Below are positions 10,906 to 22,204 of a stretch of 64,000 nt of DNA, piece after piece. The notes beneath the pieces are model-generated. The model made no database searches and had not been told where the DNA came from. It saw only the letters and a list, made by a program, of their open reading frames with translations. Source of the stretch: Selaginella moellendorffii. Lineage: Eukaryota > Plantae > Lycopodiophyta. The translations under genes were made by a program, and so were the position numbers. Location: positions 248,741 through 312,740 of the forward strand of contig NW_003314401.1 of assembly GCF_000143415.4 (NCBI RefSeq), read 5' to 3'. Numbering within the stretch: the first letter of the stretch is position 1; each line of letters begins with the position of its first letter.

Positions 10906-13900
10906 ATGTTTACCCCGCACAGGCGCGGCGCGACGCCCAACCGGGGAGCTGGCTTCTCTGTGTCCACGGAAAGGCGAGAGGTCAGGTTTGCTTCCTCCTC
11001 ACCACCAGATGGGCGGCAGCAGCACCAGTCCGCGGACGGAACCCTAGCTGGGAATGACGCAGGAGATGGCGCGGGCAAGTCCAGCAGCGAGATCTGGCAG
11101 ACATTCCGGGAAGCGGGTGCGCTGGACCAAGAATCGCTGGAGCTCAAGGATCGCAATGCTCTCCTCGCTCATATCTCCAAGCTCGAAACTGAGGTGGGTC
11201 TTGTTTCTTTCCGGGTAGTCTTGGTCTCACGCGACGCTCGGCCTGGATCTCCAGCTGTACGACTACCAGTACCAGATGGGGCTGCTGCTCCTGGAATCCA
11301 ACAAGCTGCGCGGCGAGTCGGAGCGTCTCAAGAGCGTGATTGACGAGACGAGAGATGGGCTCAAGCGGGAACAATCCGCTCACATGATTGCGCTGCAAGA
11401 GGCGGAGAGGCGCGAGGAATCTCTGAAGCGTGCTGTCACCACCGAGAAGAAATGCGTGGCCGACGTAAGCTACAGCGCCCTTGCTCTCTCTTCACTTGTC
11501 ACAACCTTTGCCGTTTGTGTCCAGCTCGAGAAGGCCCTCAAAGAAATGCACGAGGAAGTCGCTGAAGCCAAGGCAGCCGCTGCTACGCAGTTTCAACAAG
11601 GCAAGGCAACGGCAATGAGCGCTGAAGAAAAGCTGCTCGAGGCGGAGTCTAAGCTACATTCCGCGGAGGCGTTGCTTGCGAAAGCAAACAGGAAGCACGC
11701 TGACGCGGAAAGAAAGCTGCAGGAAGTCGAGTCTCGTGAAGACGCCTTGAGAAGGCAGCGCCACAGTTTTCTGGCAGAGTAAGCCCTTTCATCTTCTGGA
11801 ACCCGCTTCTGACATTTGAGAGTCTTTGTTAAAGGTGCGAGGCGCATAAGCTGGAGCTTGAACATGAAAAGCAGAACCTCAAGGGCTGGGAACGCACCCT
11901 CGAAGAGAGTCAGGCTAGATTTGTGGAGAACGAGAAGCTTCTGAACAAGAGAGAGGAGTACATGCAACAGAGGGATGATGCACTTACGAAACTTGAGAGG
12001 GACCTGGATGAAGCAAGAAAGGTTCTAGAAAAGGACCGTTCTGCACTACGGCAAGAACAGGCAGAGTATAGTGCTTTGCTGTCTGCGCTTTCACTGAGAG
12101 AGGAGGTTAGTGAATGCGATACGACACGTTTCTGTTTTTATGTTTGTCTTATACTTTTACACAGGCTGCTGTGGAAAGGGAGAATGCTGCAACAAAGAAG
12201 GAACAGGAAATCTTGCTGCTACAAGAGAAGCTTGCCAGCAGGGACAGGGTGAGTAAAAGAACTGTGTTCTGCCTGCTAAAGTATCTATTCCTGTTATCAT
12301 TCTTCCAGGCATTTGAACAACACGAGCAGATGGTACGAGAGCTTGAACAAGCAAACGCGAAGGAAAAGGAACGTCTTGTTGATCTAGAAGCCAGTTTGAG
12401 TACTCGGGAGAATCTTTTGGCTGTGTCAAAGCAAAGCCTGGTAAACATTGTATTCTATGTGCCTCACGCGCTTATTTGTTTCTGCATGGTAGGAGGATAT
12501 CTCGAGGACCCTGGATGAGAACGAGCAGGCTTTAAGGACAAAGAAGGCCGACTTTGAGAAGGAGATTTCCGCGCTTCGTCTGGCGTTAGCTTCCGAGAAA
12601 GATGAACTCGAGGGGGTCAAGATGCAGATTCAGGAGGAGAAGGAGAAGCTTAATGTGATCGAGAAGGAGAGGGAAGATCTTCTCAAGGTTCAGCTGCGGT
12701 TGAAAGAGGAGATAGACGATTTTCGGGTACGTAAACAAGACTTAACGACAGAATCCGACGAGCTTAAGAAAGACAAGGAGAAGTTCGAGGCTCAGTGGGA
12801 GTTACTCGATGAAAGGAAGGACAGGCTTACGAACGAAATCGATCACTTCGAGGCGAGTAAAAACCAGTCAATGAAGTGGCTGCATGACGAGGAGGAACGG
12901 CTAAAGCAGGAAAGGCGAGAGCTCCGCGAGCAGGTGGACAGGGAAATGGAGACCTTGGCACTTGAAAGGGAAGCTCTGGCGCGAACTGCAGAGCTGGAGA
13001 AAGCTGAGATTTTGTCTAGGCTCGAAAGGGAGAGGGAAGAGCTGATCCGTGATGTTGATCTGCGGCATGCTGAGCTTGAACGGAACATGGCCAAGAAAGT
13101 GGAGGAGATGGAGAAGCAAGCAGAGGAGCGGGAAGCTCGCTTACTGTCACAAGTTCAGAAGGAGCGCCAAGAGGTGGCACAGATAAGTGAAAAAGCTAGA
13201 AAGGATTTGGATGGCGTGGAGTCCGAGAAGCGGAGTCTTGAGAAGGAGCGGTTGGCGATAATTGGACAGCGCGAGCTTGCTGAAGCTGAATGGGAAGAAA
13301 TAAAGAAGGATATACACGAGTTACAAGTCCAGAGGGAGAAGCTGAAGGAGCAACGAGAAGCTTTGCGGGCGGAAAGGCAAGAAGTACTGCAAGAAGCAGA
13401 GAGGCAGAGGAAGCTAAAGGAGGACCTGAAGGAACTCGAGGACAGCTTAAGGATGTCAGAGCAACAACCTTCACAGAAGAACGCCAACGATGGGGAAGTT
13501 ATGTCCGCCAGGAGGATTTCGTCCGAGAACGAGTTGCAGCCCCTTCCAAGCTCTACTCCAAGTCGAACCATCACTCCGAGCCGATTGTCATGGCTGCGAA
13601 CTTGTGCGTCCAGAATATTTCCGAAAAGCATTTCTCAGGGTGGCGAGGAGGACAAGGTGCCAGTAGCAGACGTGGACCAAGCAGAACTGACAGTTGGGAA
13701 GAAGAGGCGACTGGAAGAGAGCGAGGGTGCTGCAGTGAACCCGGAGGCGACAGCCAGTGGAAGGAAAAAGAGGAAACAGCGGGAGGCGTCACAGTCTGCG
13801 ATGAATGGCGACTCTACCCCTCGGTACAACTTCAGGGACTCCACAATGTAAGTCTAGAAACACTTGTATCACGTCCTAATGCGCTTTACCGATTTCAGTG

Positions 13901-14447
13901 CAAGTATGCTGGCGACACAAGGAGGAACGCATGGAGCTTCGGCGACCAAGAAATCGCAAAAGAGTGAAGACCCGGCTACTGTAAGATACCCATCCTCTTC
14001 TGTGCGTGCGTGATGAGGTGACTTTTTGGTTTGGTTGGTTTTGTTTTGCAGAGCCACGACGGTGGCGCTTGTAACGGTGTGAGCGAGGATGGACCGACCA
14101 CAGGAGACGCGGACCAGGAAGTCAATGCAACTACAGTAGGCAACCAAGACTTGCGAGGTTTGGAAGGAGGGGAGGGCGAGGGCGCACAAACTGTTAGCCT
14201 CATCGAGGAGTTCGTGGCTGTGGAGGTGGTGACAGAAGAGGTGGAGAACGGGGGCCTGGAGGAAGTAGCACAAGGAGGAGACGACGAGGACAATGAGGAG
14301 GCAGAAGAAGAGGAGGAGGAGGAGGAGGAGGAAATGGAGATGGATGAAGAAGTGGATGATGACGAAGAAGGCATGAGTGAAGGCGATGGCGACAGTGGTG
14401 ATTCTCAGCCCTTGAGAAAGAAACTATGGACGTTTATGACGACGTAG
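10906..14447 (+). CDS. NMCP1: Nuclear matrix constituent protein (NMCP1/CRWN-type lamina protein), multi-exon
   Basis: MFTPHRR start, YQYQMGLLLLE, long coiled coil, SWLRTCASRIF, RYNFRDST, acidic tract, C-terminal KKLWTFMTT. Confidence 0.93.
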
Positions 14448-14850
14448 TTTGGGTTGTATGTATATCCTTATAGAATGGAATTTGATTTAGTCAGTCTCCA
14501 ACATCAGGTTTTGTAGGAAACCCTGGTAGAACTAGGGATGGCGGAGTGCGATGGGAGTTTGACGGTGCGAATCTTGCGGTTCCTAACACTGTCTCGGCGG
14601 AGGAGCTGAACAAGGAGCATGGCGACGCACTCTTGCGCCCTCACGCGACGTGTATGTTTGTGGTATGTACGCAACTTAGCTGCCTATCTTGTGTCTCATG
14701 CCTCTCTCACCCAGCACTTCCTGCAAGCCAGCGCGACGCTCTTGAGAAACTGGCCCGGGGTATGCCCCCGTTTGATCCATCACTGCCAATATCTCGGATA
14801 ACCTCTTCACATGGCTCACCACCGTCGTCCCTTGGGACGATCCTCTACTG

Positions 14851-15880
14851 TTGAAATCAGGAATGGATGGAAGGGCTGCTCACAGCGATTCAAAACGCCG
14901 GGGACTCGTCTTGGCCGTGCTTGAGTATGCATCTCCAACCACAGTACGTCCAAAAGTTGACTACCCACTGAGTGTCAAGGAGGCGCTACAGGTGGCCTGG
15001 GATCGCCCTTACCAGGATCCTTGCAAAGTGTTGGACTACGTTGCAGAGGTTATCAATGGCTTGTTTGACGAGTGGCACAACGATATGGGGCAGCTTGCAG
15101 CATGGACGATGGTGCTGCAGAGCTCTGGGTGGGGAAAGTCAAGAACCATGCGAGAGCTGGCCACCAAGGGCTTCTACGTAGTGTACGTCTCCTTTCTCAA
15201 GATCGGGTCTACAGGCATCCCGGATCGAAGTGCTGTGGCGCAGCAGCTGATTAATAGCAAAATGAGCAACGATCCACACGCCGTGGCAGCATGGGTTCTC
15301 GCCATTTTAACTCAGATCAAAGAGAAATCTCCGGAGGAGTGGATGAAGGAGCAGTCGGAGCCACACTTTGGCGAACCCGTGGCTAAAAGGTACGCGACTA
15401 TCTTCTCCTATCTTCTCTTTTTGCTTGCTGACTTTGTGCTGCTGGTGCTCTTTCCTCCAGCTACCTTAAACTCCGTGGGGAGGTGCTGGAGGAGGTGCGT
15501 GTGTCCAAGCCGGGTCCAGGACAGGACTGGGATGGTGTGAAGCGATCCGGAAGACGGCCAACAAGATTTTCGTACCGGATAAGAAGATCATTGTCTGCAT
15601 GGACAAGGTGTCTTCATGGTTTGGACAGGTAGCCGGTTCATTCCTGACCTGCAGGAGGTTTTTTTCGTGCATTCCGCGCAACTTAAAGGTGTTCGGACTG
15701 GTAGCAGATACTGCCGGAAAGCTCGGCCTCGTCATCCCTCCGCAAATGCAAGAGCGCAGCTCCTCTTCGACCAGGTTCTTTGAGCCGATCTCGGTGGTGG
15801 GGAGCTTGTGGTGGGACTTCGAGCAGGCAAAGAAGCTAATGTCCTTGCAGCTGAAGAAAGGATCCGACCAACCATGATTG
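14851..15880 (+). pseudogene. Disrupted P-loop NTPase, N-terminal part of a Crinkler-like NTPase+REase gene
   Basis: Walker A VLQSSGWGKSR, STGIPDRS, Walker B-like KIIVCMD, FGLVADT; broken by frameshifts. Confidence 0.55.
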
Positions 15881-16135
15881 CGTCTTCACCGCGGACACGT
15901 TCAAGCCTAGGAATGGTTGGTTGTGCTAGCCTCAAGGTAAGCGTACACGAAAGTTTGTTCTTCAAGCACTTAGACATGTACAATAATATTCTTTGCAGCC
16001 TACAGTAGCAGCAATAGCAGCTGGAAAGGATATTGCTCTAGCCAACAAGGAAAATCTCCCGCAGGTAGGATGTTGATTCCGTGTTTCTTTGCAAGAGGTA
16101 GAACATATGGACTGCCGGCTGAGTAAACTTAGTCT

Positions 16136-16295
16136 TCAACGACGTGCTTGCAACAGGCATGTAACTATTTCCCCTCGAGGCCCCTCCACAACGTACGCTT
16201 GCTTGAAAACTCGCTGCGCCACCTCCAGCACCGCATTCAACCGATCTTTGTTGTCCGGTATGCGCGCGGCTGCCTCCGCCAATATGCCACAACTT
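16136..16295 (-). pseudogene. Inverted middle fragment of the same NTPase-REase gene
   Basis: ILAEAAA...LEVAQRVFKQ...GPRGEIVTCLL; homologous to plus-strand LEVVQRIFKQ at ~23941. Confidence 0.5.
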
Positions 16296-16389
16296 CTACT
16301 GCCTCTGGATGACACGCTATCTGAAGAGCAAAAAAAAGCAAACACAAGAGAAAAAAAATATGAGAAAAAACAACTGAGCAAATTGAAGT

Positions 16390-17105
16390 ACCTGTACAAT
16401 TCCTTCGTCCCCAACGACAATCTCTGGATTTTCGTCAAGATCAGCAATGGCTTCTTTTAATTCGGTCTCGAATCCCAACCATGCTTGGTTTGAATCTCCT
16501 GACCTGTTGATTGGCAGTGTAAGCTCGTATAAACAGATACGACGGCTGACCAATTCGTAGTTTACCTGATCAGCAACAAGTGTAACGTTTGAGCCAGCAG
16601 CCAGGCCAACAACTTTGAATCTGTCAGGGTTTTCCGAGATGATGTCAAGTGTGTGGCACAACACCACGTTAGCATCCTCATCGCTTGCATAGGAAACGAA
16701 GGAAAACAGGGATTCTAACCTGTGTGCCGATGGAGCCCGTGGATCCAAGAAGTGAAATGGGCTTTGGTCCATCCCAGGATTTTTTCCTAGCTCCATCCAC
16801 CATTGCTCTGGCCAAGCTGAGGGAGGATCATTTGACGAGCAGCGTATCTTAGAGGAACCAGCATTTCTTGGGTACTCCTGCGTACTGGAGGAGGTACCAC
16901 ATTGAGCGCCTGCAAACATGCACGAATGAGCACTGTCGCTGTCGAAAACGTGTCTCACGCACCTGTTACTGCCAATTTCCTTCCTGTGAAACACGACCTG
17001 GAGCTCGAGCTCAGCTGCTGCAAATCCCCCTAGAAAGAAATTTCCACATCCATGAGAAATCCCAGCTCCAGAAAAGCATTTGCTAAAGACAGCCTCCAAA
17101 GCCAT
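16390..17105 (-). pseudogene. DXR: Truncated, frameshifted DXP reductoisomerase (5' exons only)
   Basis: PPSAWP then frameshift to [19 protein letters not shown]; [25 protein letters not shown]; [13 protein letters not shown]; introns retained; rest of gene absent. Confidence 0.88.
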
Positions 17106-17194
17106 CGGCAGCTCCCAGAAATCACTAGACGCGCGGTCAATCGCTCGGAATATCGCAGCGGCAATGCATACAAACCAAGAGCCCTAAACTTAGC

Positions 17195-17400
17195 ACTACT
17201 GGCTGACATCCTGGGAAGAGTTGGGAAGTTAACGGAGGCTCATGAGTTGCTGAATTCGATGCCTCTCAGGCCTGGAGCTATCGGCTGGACATCCTTCGTT
17301 GGAGCTTGCATCACACACTCGGATGGCATTAGCTCCGGAGTCGAGGGAGTGGAGAATGTTTAGAGACGACTCACTCCAAAAGTCTGGGGAAGCACTTGCC
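17195..17400 (+). pseudogene. PPR C-terminal (S2/E) fragment
   Basis: DILGRVGKLTEAHELLNSMPLRPGAIGWTSFVGACITH. Confidence 0.75.
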
Positions 17401-18480
17401 TTACGTGATGCTGGCGAACGTTTTGAAGGAAACACCAACATATGCTATAGGTAGACGGGTTTTTGCTTTATTCTTTTTGTTCTTGGCAGGGATGGATTAC
17501 GGTTAGACATTCGAGGCGCTCTCCCTGAGTTTTTAACTCAACCTTCTTTGTGTACAGTCACAACTCCTTTCACCACTGTAGGATCTACTTTTTACAATTG
17601 ATGCAGGTGATCTTGAAAGTCCAGTCCGTGCCCTCCATGATCCATTCTATGTCTTTGATACTGAGAAAATAGAAAAATAAATGTTGTAAAAAAAATATCA
17701 TCTATAAATCAAATACCTCGTGATCACAAAATGATACAAAAGGCCACTCATAGAACTCAACTTGTGGAACCCAGCTTGTGATGATAGAATACCGTGGCCA
17801 TGTGATTTTGGAATACTTCCAAGTCCACCAAAGATCAGCACCATTTCAAGTGGGATAATGTCTCTTAAAATTCAATGCTGAATAAATAGAAAGCAATAAA
17901 ACACATAAAACATACCTCTCAAAGTAGCAGTGTAACATACATGGTATCCTGGAATCTCCTTAGCTTTGTGAGCCTTCATCATTTTCTCATCCGCCAAGCA
18001 TCTACGGTGGGTAGAGCAAAAGTAGCCGTCCTTGTGGTAAATCACACCAGTCAAGGTATGGTGTATTCTAACTCCCATACCTTTGTATGGCTGGATGCCA
18101 TTTGGAAAAAATTCGGCGGGAAAAGCCATTGTTTCGAGCACGTGAACATTGTTCTCCTGGGATCCGTGGTCTATATACCACTCCTTGTATCAATCGTCAA
18201 AATTGAAAGCCTGTACTGTAGTAGCTGTAAGCAGTGAGAGACGAAAAATGAACTATGCCAATCAATACCAAGCAGCTTCTCGGATAGCACAAAGTCCAAG
18301 AGCTCCTCGCGCATGAGAGTGTAAGCCATAGATCCAGATGAACCCTAGATAATTAGGTTGAGGTCTTGAGCATGGTTACCGGGTGATGATGGTGAGTGGG
18401 AGATTGTCTCTGATCCAGGGCTGGAGCTGTTTCCATCGGCTAAAGGTTCAGCGGTTAAAGTAGCAAATAGGATAGAGGAG

Positions 18481-19332
18481 ATGGATGATTCAAAAACCTG
18501 GGTCCTCGTTCACAGAGGCAATGGCACAGACGATTGCACATTAGCATGGAGCCCGTGTGATGGAGAACGTCTCATGATCCCGGAGCAGTTAATTGGAAGC
18601 CATGGCCTACGCTTGGCCCCTTCCTGCCACGAAATGGGTCCATTCTCTTTGCTGCTCAACAGATATCATGATCAGCTCTACGTTGCGTACATGGCAATCC
18701 ACGGTTGCTTTCTCTACGTCTCCTCCACCGGGAGCTGGCAGCCTCTGTTAGATGTTGAAGGGAAAGAAGACGTCGAGCTTGAGTTAATGGATGCTCAAGA
18801 GGTGAGGGAGATTGGAAATACGTACATTCCATCCGTCCACTACAACCCCAAGAATCGATCATACAAGGGCTTGCCGGCGGCGCCAGATAATGTTCGTCCT
18901 AAGGGTTTCCACTGGCACGAGGGCAGCTTCTACATGATGTCTTGCATACCTTTTGAAGAGTTTCAGGTCTTCAGCTGGCAGGGTGGTGAAGAAGGGTGGC
19001 AAAAAGTTGCTACACATCCCATATACCAGGATGGGGTTGACAGATTAGGTGGTGACTTGTTTTGGTTTACGGCAGGTGGTCGCTACGCTTGCATATCTCA
19101 GGGGAATATAAGCTATCCGGATGTAGACTCTGGTCGCTTCATTGTGGTCTACGACTTGGAGGAGAGGCAGTGGCATTACCACACCATGCATGCTGATTCT
19201 GGATTTGGTATTCCAAATGTTGTTGTGTGCAACCGCGCTCCAGAGCTTGGTGATTTGGAGGCTACCACCTTCAATGTAGTGTGGGCTCAAGATCGTGTAC
19301 TTCTGCAGCTACCGCCCATTTCTTCTGCATGA
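18481..19332 (+). CDS. F-box-associated beta-propeller-like protein; no F-box visible
   Basis: 283-aa ORF with blade-like motifs YVSSTGSW, FQVFSW...WQKVA, IVVYDLEERQW. Confidence 0.45.
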   Translation: MDDSKTWVLVHRGNGTDDCTLAWSPCDGERLMIPEQLIGSHGLRLAPSCHEMGPFSLLLNRYHDQLYVAYMAIHGCFLYVSSTGSWQPLLDVEGKEDVELELMDAQEVREIGNTYIPSVHYNPKNRSYKGLPAAPDNVRPKGFHWHEGSFYMMSCIPFEEFQVFSWQGGEEGWQKVATHPIYQDGVDRLGGDLFWFTAGGRYACISQGNISYPDVDSGRFIVVYDLEERQWHYHTMHADSGFGIPNVVVCNRAPELGDLEATTFNVVWAQDRVLLQLPPISSA

Positions 19333-19504
19333 CTTTTGATGCAATAGCATGATAATGCTTGTTGTTTAGATTGAAATCCAACTCGTGAAAGTTGGATGAA
19401 CTTCGGGCATACATGAGTTTGCCACATTTACATTTACATTTTGGATGATCAAGTTTGAGAGGCGAGTGACATGTTCAAGTTTGTCTGTCAGATCTTGTCT
19501 ATTG

Positions 19505-19800
19505 GACGGTGCAGCACAAGACCATCAAGAGTCGAGACCGGTGTTCGTCCAGAGGGCGATCCAGTACGAGGAGATCCGGGAGAGGGAAAGGAGATCAAGA
19601 AAAACTTGCTGGAACTCCACCAGATTTTTCTCGACATGGCTGTGCTGGTGGAAGCTCATTGAGATATGATTGCATGGCGGCCAACTACGTGGACAGGGAA
19701 CTCGCAGCCACTATGCCAAGCAGCACCAGAGGAGCTCCCGGAAGTGCACGCTCATTGCGATCATCCTGCTGCTGCTGGTGCTCATGGTTACGACTCGGTT
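19505..19800 (+). pseudogene. Syntaxin (SYP1-type) SNARE/TM fragment with frameshifts
   Basis: FVQRAIQ, EEIRER, KEIKKNLLELHQIFLDMAVLVEA, then SSRKCTLIAIILLLLVL in shifting frames. Confidence 0.8.
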
Positions 19801-20969
19801 GCCAGCAACCACCATTCTTCCTCGCGTGATAACAAGAAAGATCCACTGACTTTGAGACCTCCAGCGTACATTCTTGGACCCTGTCCCTGACTACGAAGCT
19901 GGAAGAAACGTTTTACGAATTAAGTCGATCGAGAACCGCAAGCAACAAGAGCTTTTAGTTCAAAGAACAGAGGTGTATATATATTCTCATACCAGAGAGG
20001 CCCGTGCCGCGACTTCCGCAGCGTAAATCCGGGCCCATTGGTCGGATGCGAGGATAACATCCAGGCTTGGCTCCTTGACAAAATCTCACTTGTGCGTTTC
20101 GCAAGTCTTCTCGATCAATCTGATGATGTCGAAATAACCAATCATGAGAAAAGAATCCTTGGAAACCAACTATTTTGCTTACTTCTCGTCTAGGAAGAGC
20201 TCCACTGCTTTCTCGTTGGCCGCGCTCATGACTCCTGTCATGGTTCCTCCCATTCTTCCAGCTGCATAGGATATGTCCATGGATGGATCCTTTGCTCAGT
20301 CGGGGGCTTTGAACGTTAGCGATCCAGTCCTGTTTCAAAGCTCCGGTGTGAATAAATGTTTCCAAAGGACAAGGTGATAAAATGTGAAGCTTACTTGACA
20401 AAATCAAGCCTTGGCCAGGTGATTTCTGAGCATGGAATCCTATCCGGCCAAGAGAGTGTGTAAAGAATAGGTAGTCGCATGTCAGGCCACCCCAATTGCA
20501 CCAGAATGGAGGAATCCTGTATTTGACTAGATGTGTTAGTTGTGTGTTGACGCAGCATTCAACTAATATTACCTATGGCTTGATTATGGAGGGTATAATC
20601 GATTGGGGATGGATAACAATGTCAATGTCATCATAGTCAGCTCCAAACAAATAGTGAGCTTCAATGACCTCGAGTCCCTGCCAGCAGAAGATGTTAGTTC
20701 AGCAGACAAAATATCAGCTTATAAAAAAGTTTTTTATACCTTGTTCATCAAGGTTGCCGAATCCACTGTAATTTTCTTTCCTATACTTAAGTTTGGATGT
20801 TTCGGTTTGACGTCCTTGAGCCTTTTCACTGGCCAGTCCCTGATTTTTAAAGAGAAGTTCAGTTTGGATTGGTAAAGTATAACGATGAGAGAAATCCTAT
20901 GCATTCCGCCCTCTGGAAGCCCCTGAATGCACTGAAATACGCATGGTTGAATGTTAGAAACAAGCACTG

Positions 20970-21792
20970 TTGGAGGAAAGAAAATACATCACCTGGAAAA
21001 TTGCGGAATGTTCTGAGTACACTGTCAAGCTCCGGGGCTTTGTGACCAAGCTGTGTGGGAAACCGCTGGAAGTAAAAGGGCTTGTCTGCTTCAACCGCTT
21101 CATCATCCTCAACAGAAAGCAGATCACCAAGGAAGACTTGCTCTTATGCTTTCTGGTCAGTGTGGCGATCATACCGCAACGGAACCAGGAAGCGTAGGAT
21201 GCACTGCTTCCTGTGCTGATGCCAGGGCCAGATGAGATGTATGAGCTTCGTGATGACAGAATGCGAGCCGGGTTCAGATTCGAATCAGAGACACCTACTC
21301 TGTGAACACTCAGAAGCTTGCCAAGGCTGCATTGGAGTATGCTCTCTTTCTCACTCGCTTTTAATCACCAGTGTTCATTGCAGGGGGGAAGCTCCGGTTT
21401 CAGAAGCCAGCTCCAGCCAGGCTCCGGTTCCAGGAGTCATCTCTAGCCATGGTCCAGAAGCCAGCCCCTGCCAAGTTCCACAGGTCCTCCCTGAGGCTGG
21501 CAAGGGACTGCTCCAACACATGGACGTGGATCCGGATGAAGTTCCCCATAGTCCTGTGCATAGCTGCACGAAAATGAAACAGCAGAGTCTGCGTGCTGAA
21601 GATGATGACGATCATGACAAACTCAAGGATTCAACATATAGAGATAAAGAAAATGACAGTGATGAGAATGAAAGTCATCAGGGGGAGCCATCTCGAAAGA
21701 AGAGGCAAGTTGTCATGGAATTGCCATCTACATGCATTTGGGAGGATGTAAGAAGTCATCAGTCAAAATTTCAGAAGACGGTAGAGTGTTGA
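20970..21792 (+). pseudogene. C-terminal REase-like fragment of the NTPase-REase gene
   Basis: LVCFNRFIIL...VAIIPQRNQEA*DALLPVL...MSFV; homologous to 24010-24150. Confidence 0.45.
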
Positions 21793-22204
21793 TTTTACAC
21801 AAATTTGCATATTTATTTCTTGGGGTAAGTGGATATAAACATGTTTGGATAGCTCATTTTTATATTTTTGTGCATGAAAAACTTCTTAATGCTCTTATGC
21901 AATTGTGCACAGCATATTTTAAAATGGAAGATCATTTCATAAGGAGACGAGGGGACATTTTGAATTATTTTAAATTGCCCAAGTCAAAGGTAGAGCAGGT
22001 TTAGTGCAGTTCGAGAGATGTTGGATTGCCAACTTAATCACTGAAATTGTTTGCTGCAAGAGGGACAGCATGCGTAAATAAAGCTTATTTTCCGCTTTAC
22101 ATTCTTCTGGGCATTCTCTAACAACCTGGTATAAGAAAAGGAACAGACTGAACTAGTTCCTCTATATTTGACAGCTGTTTTTGTGGGCCATGTCAAAGCT
22201 AATT

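Noticed and set aside
17560-18330. Exon-like minus-strand segments
   Set aside because: In-frame stop and no recognisable family
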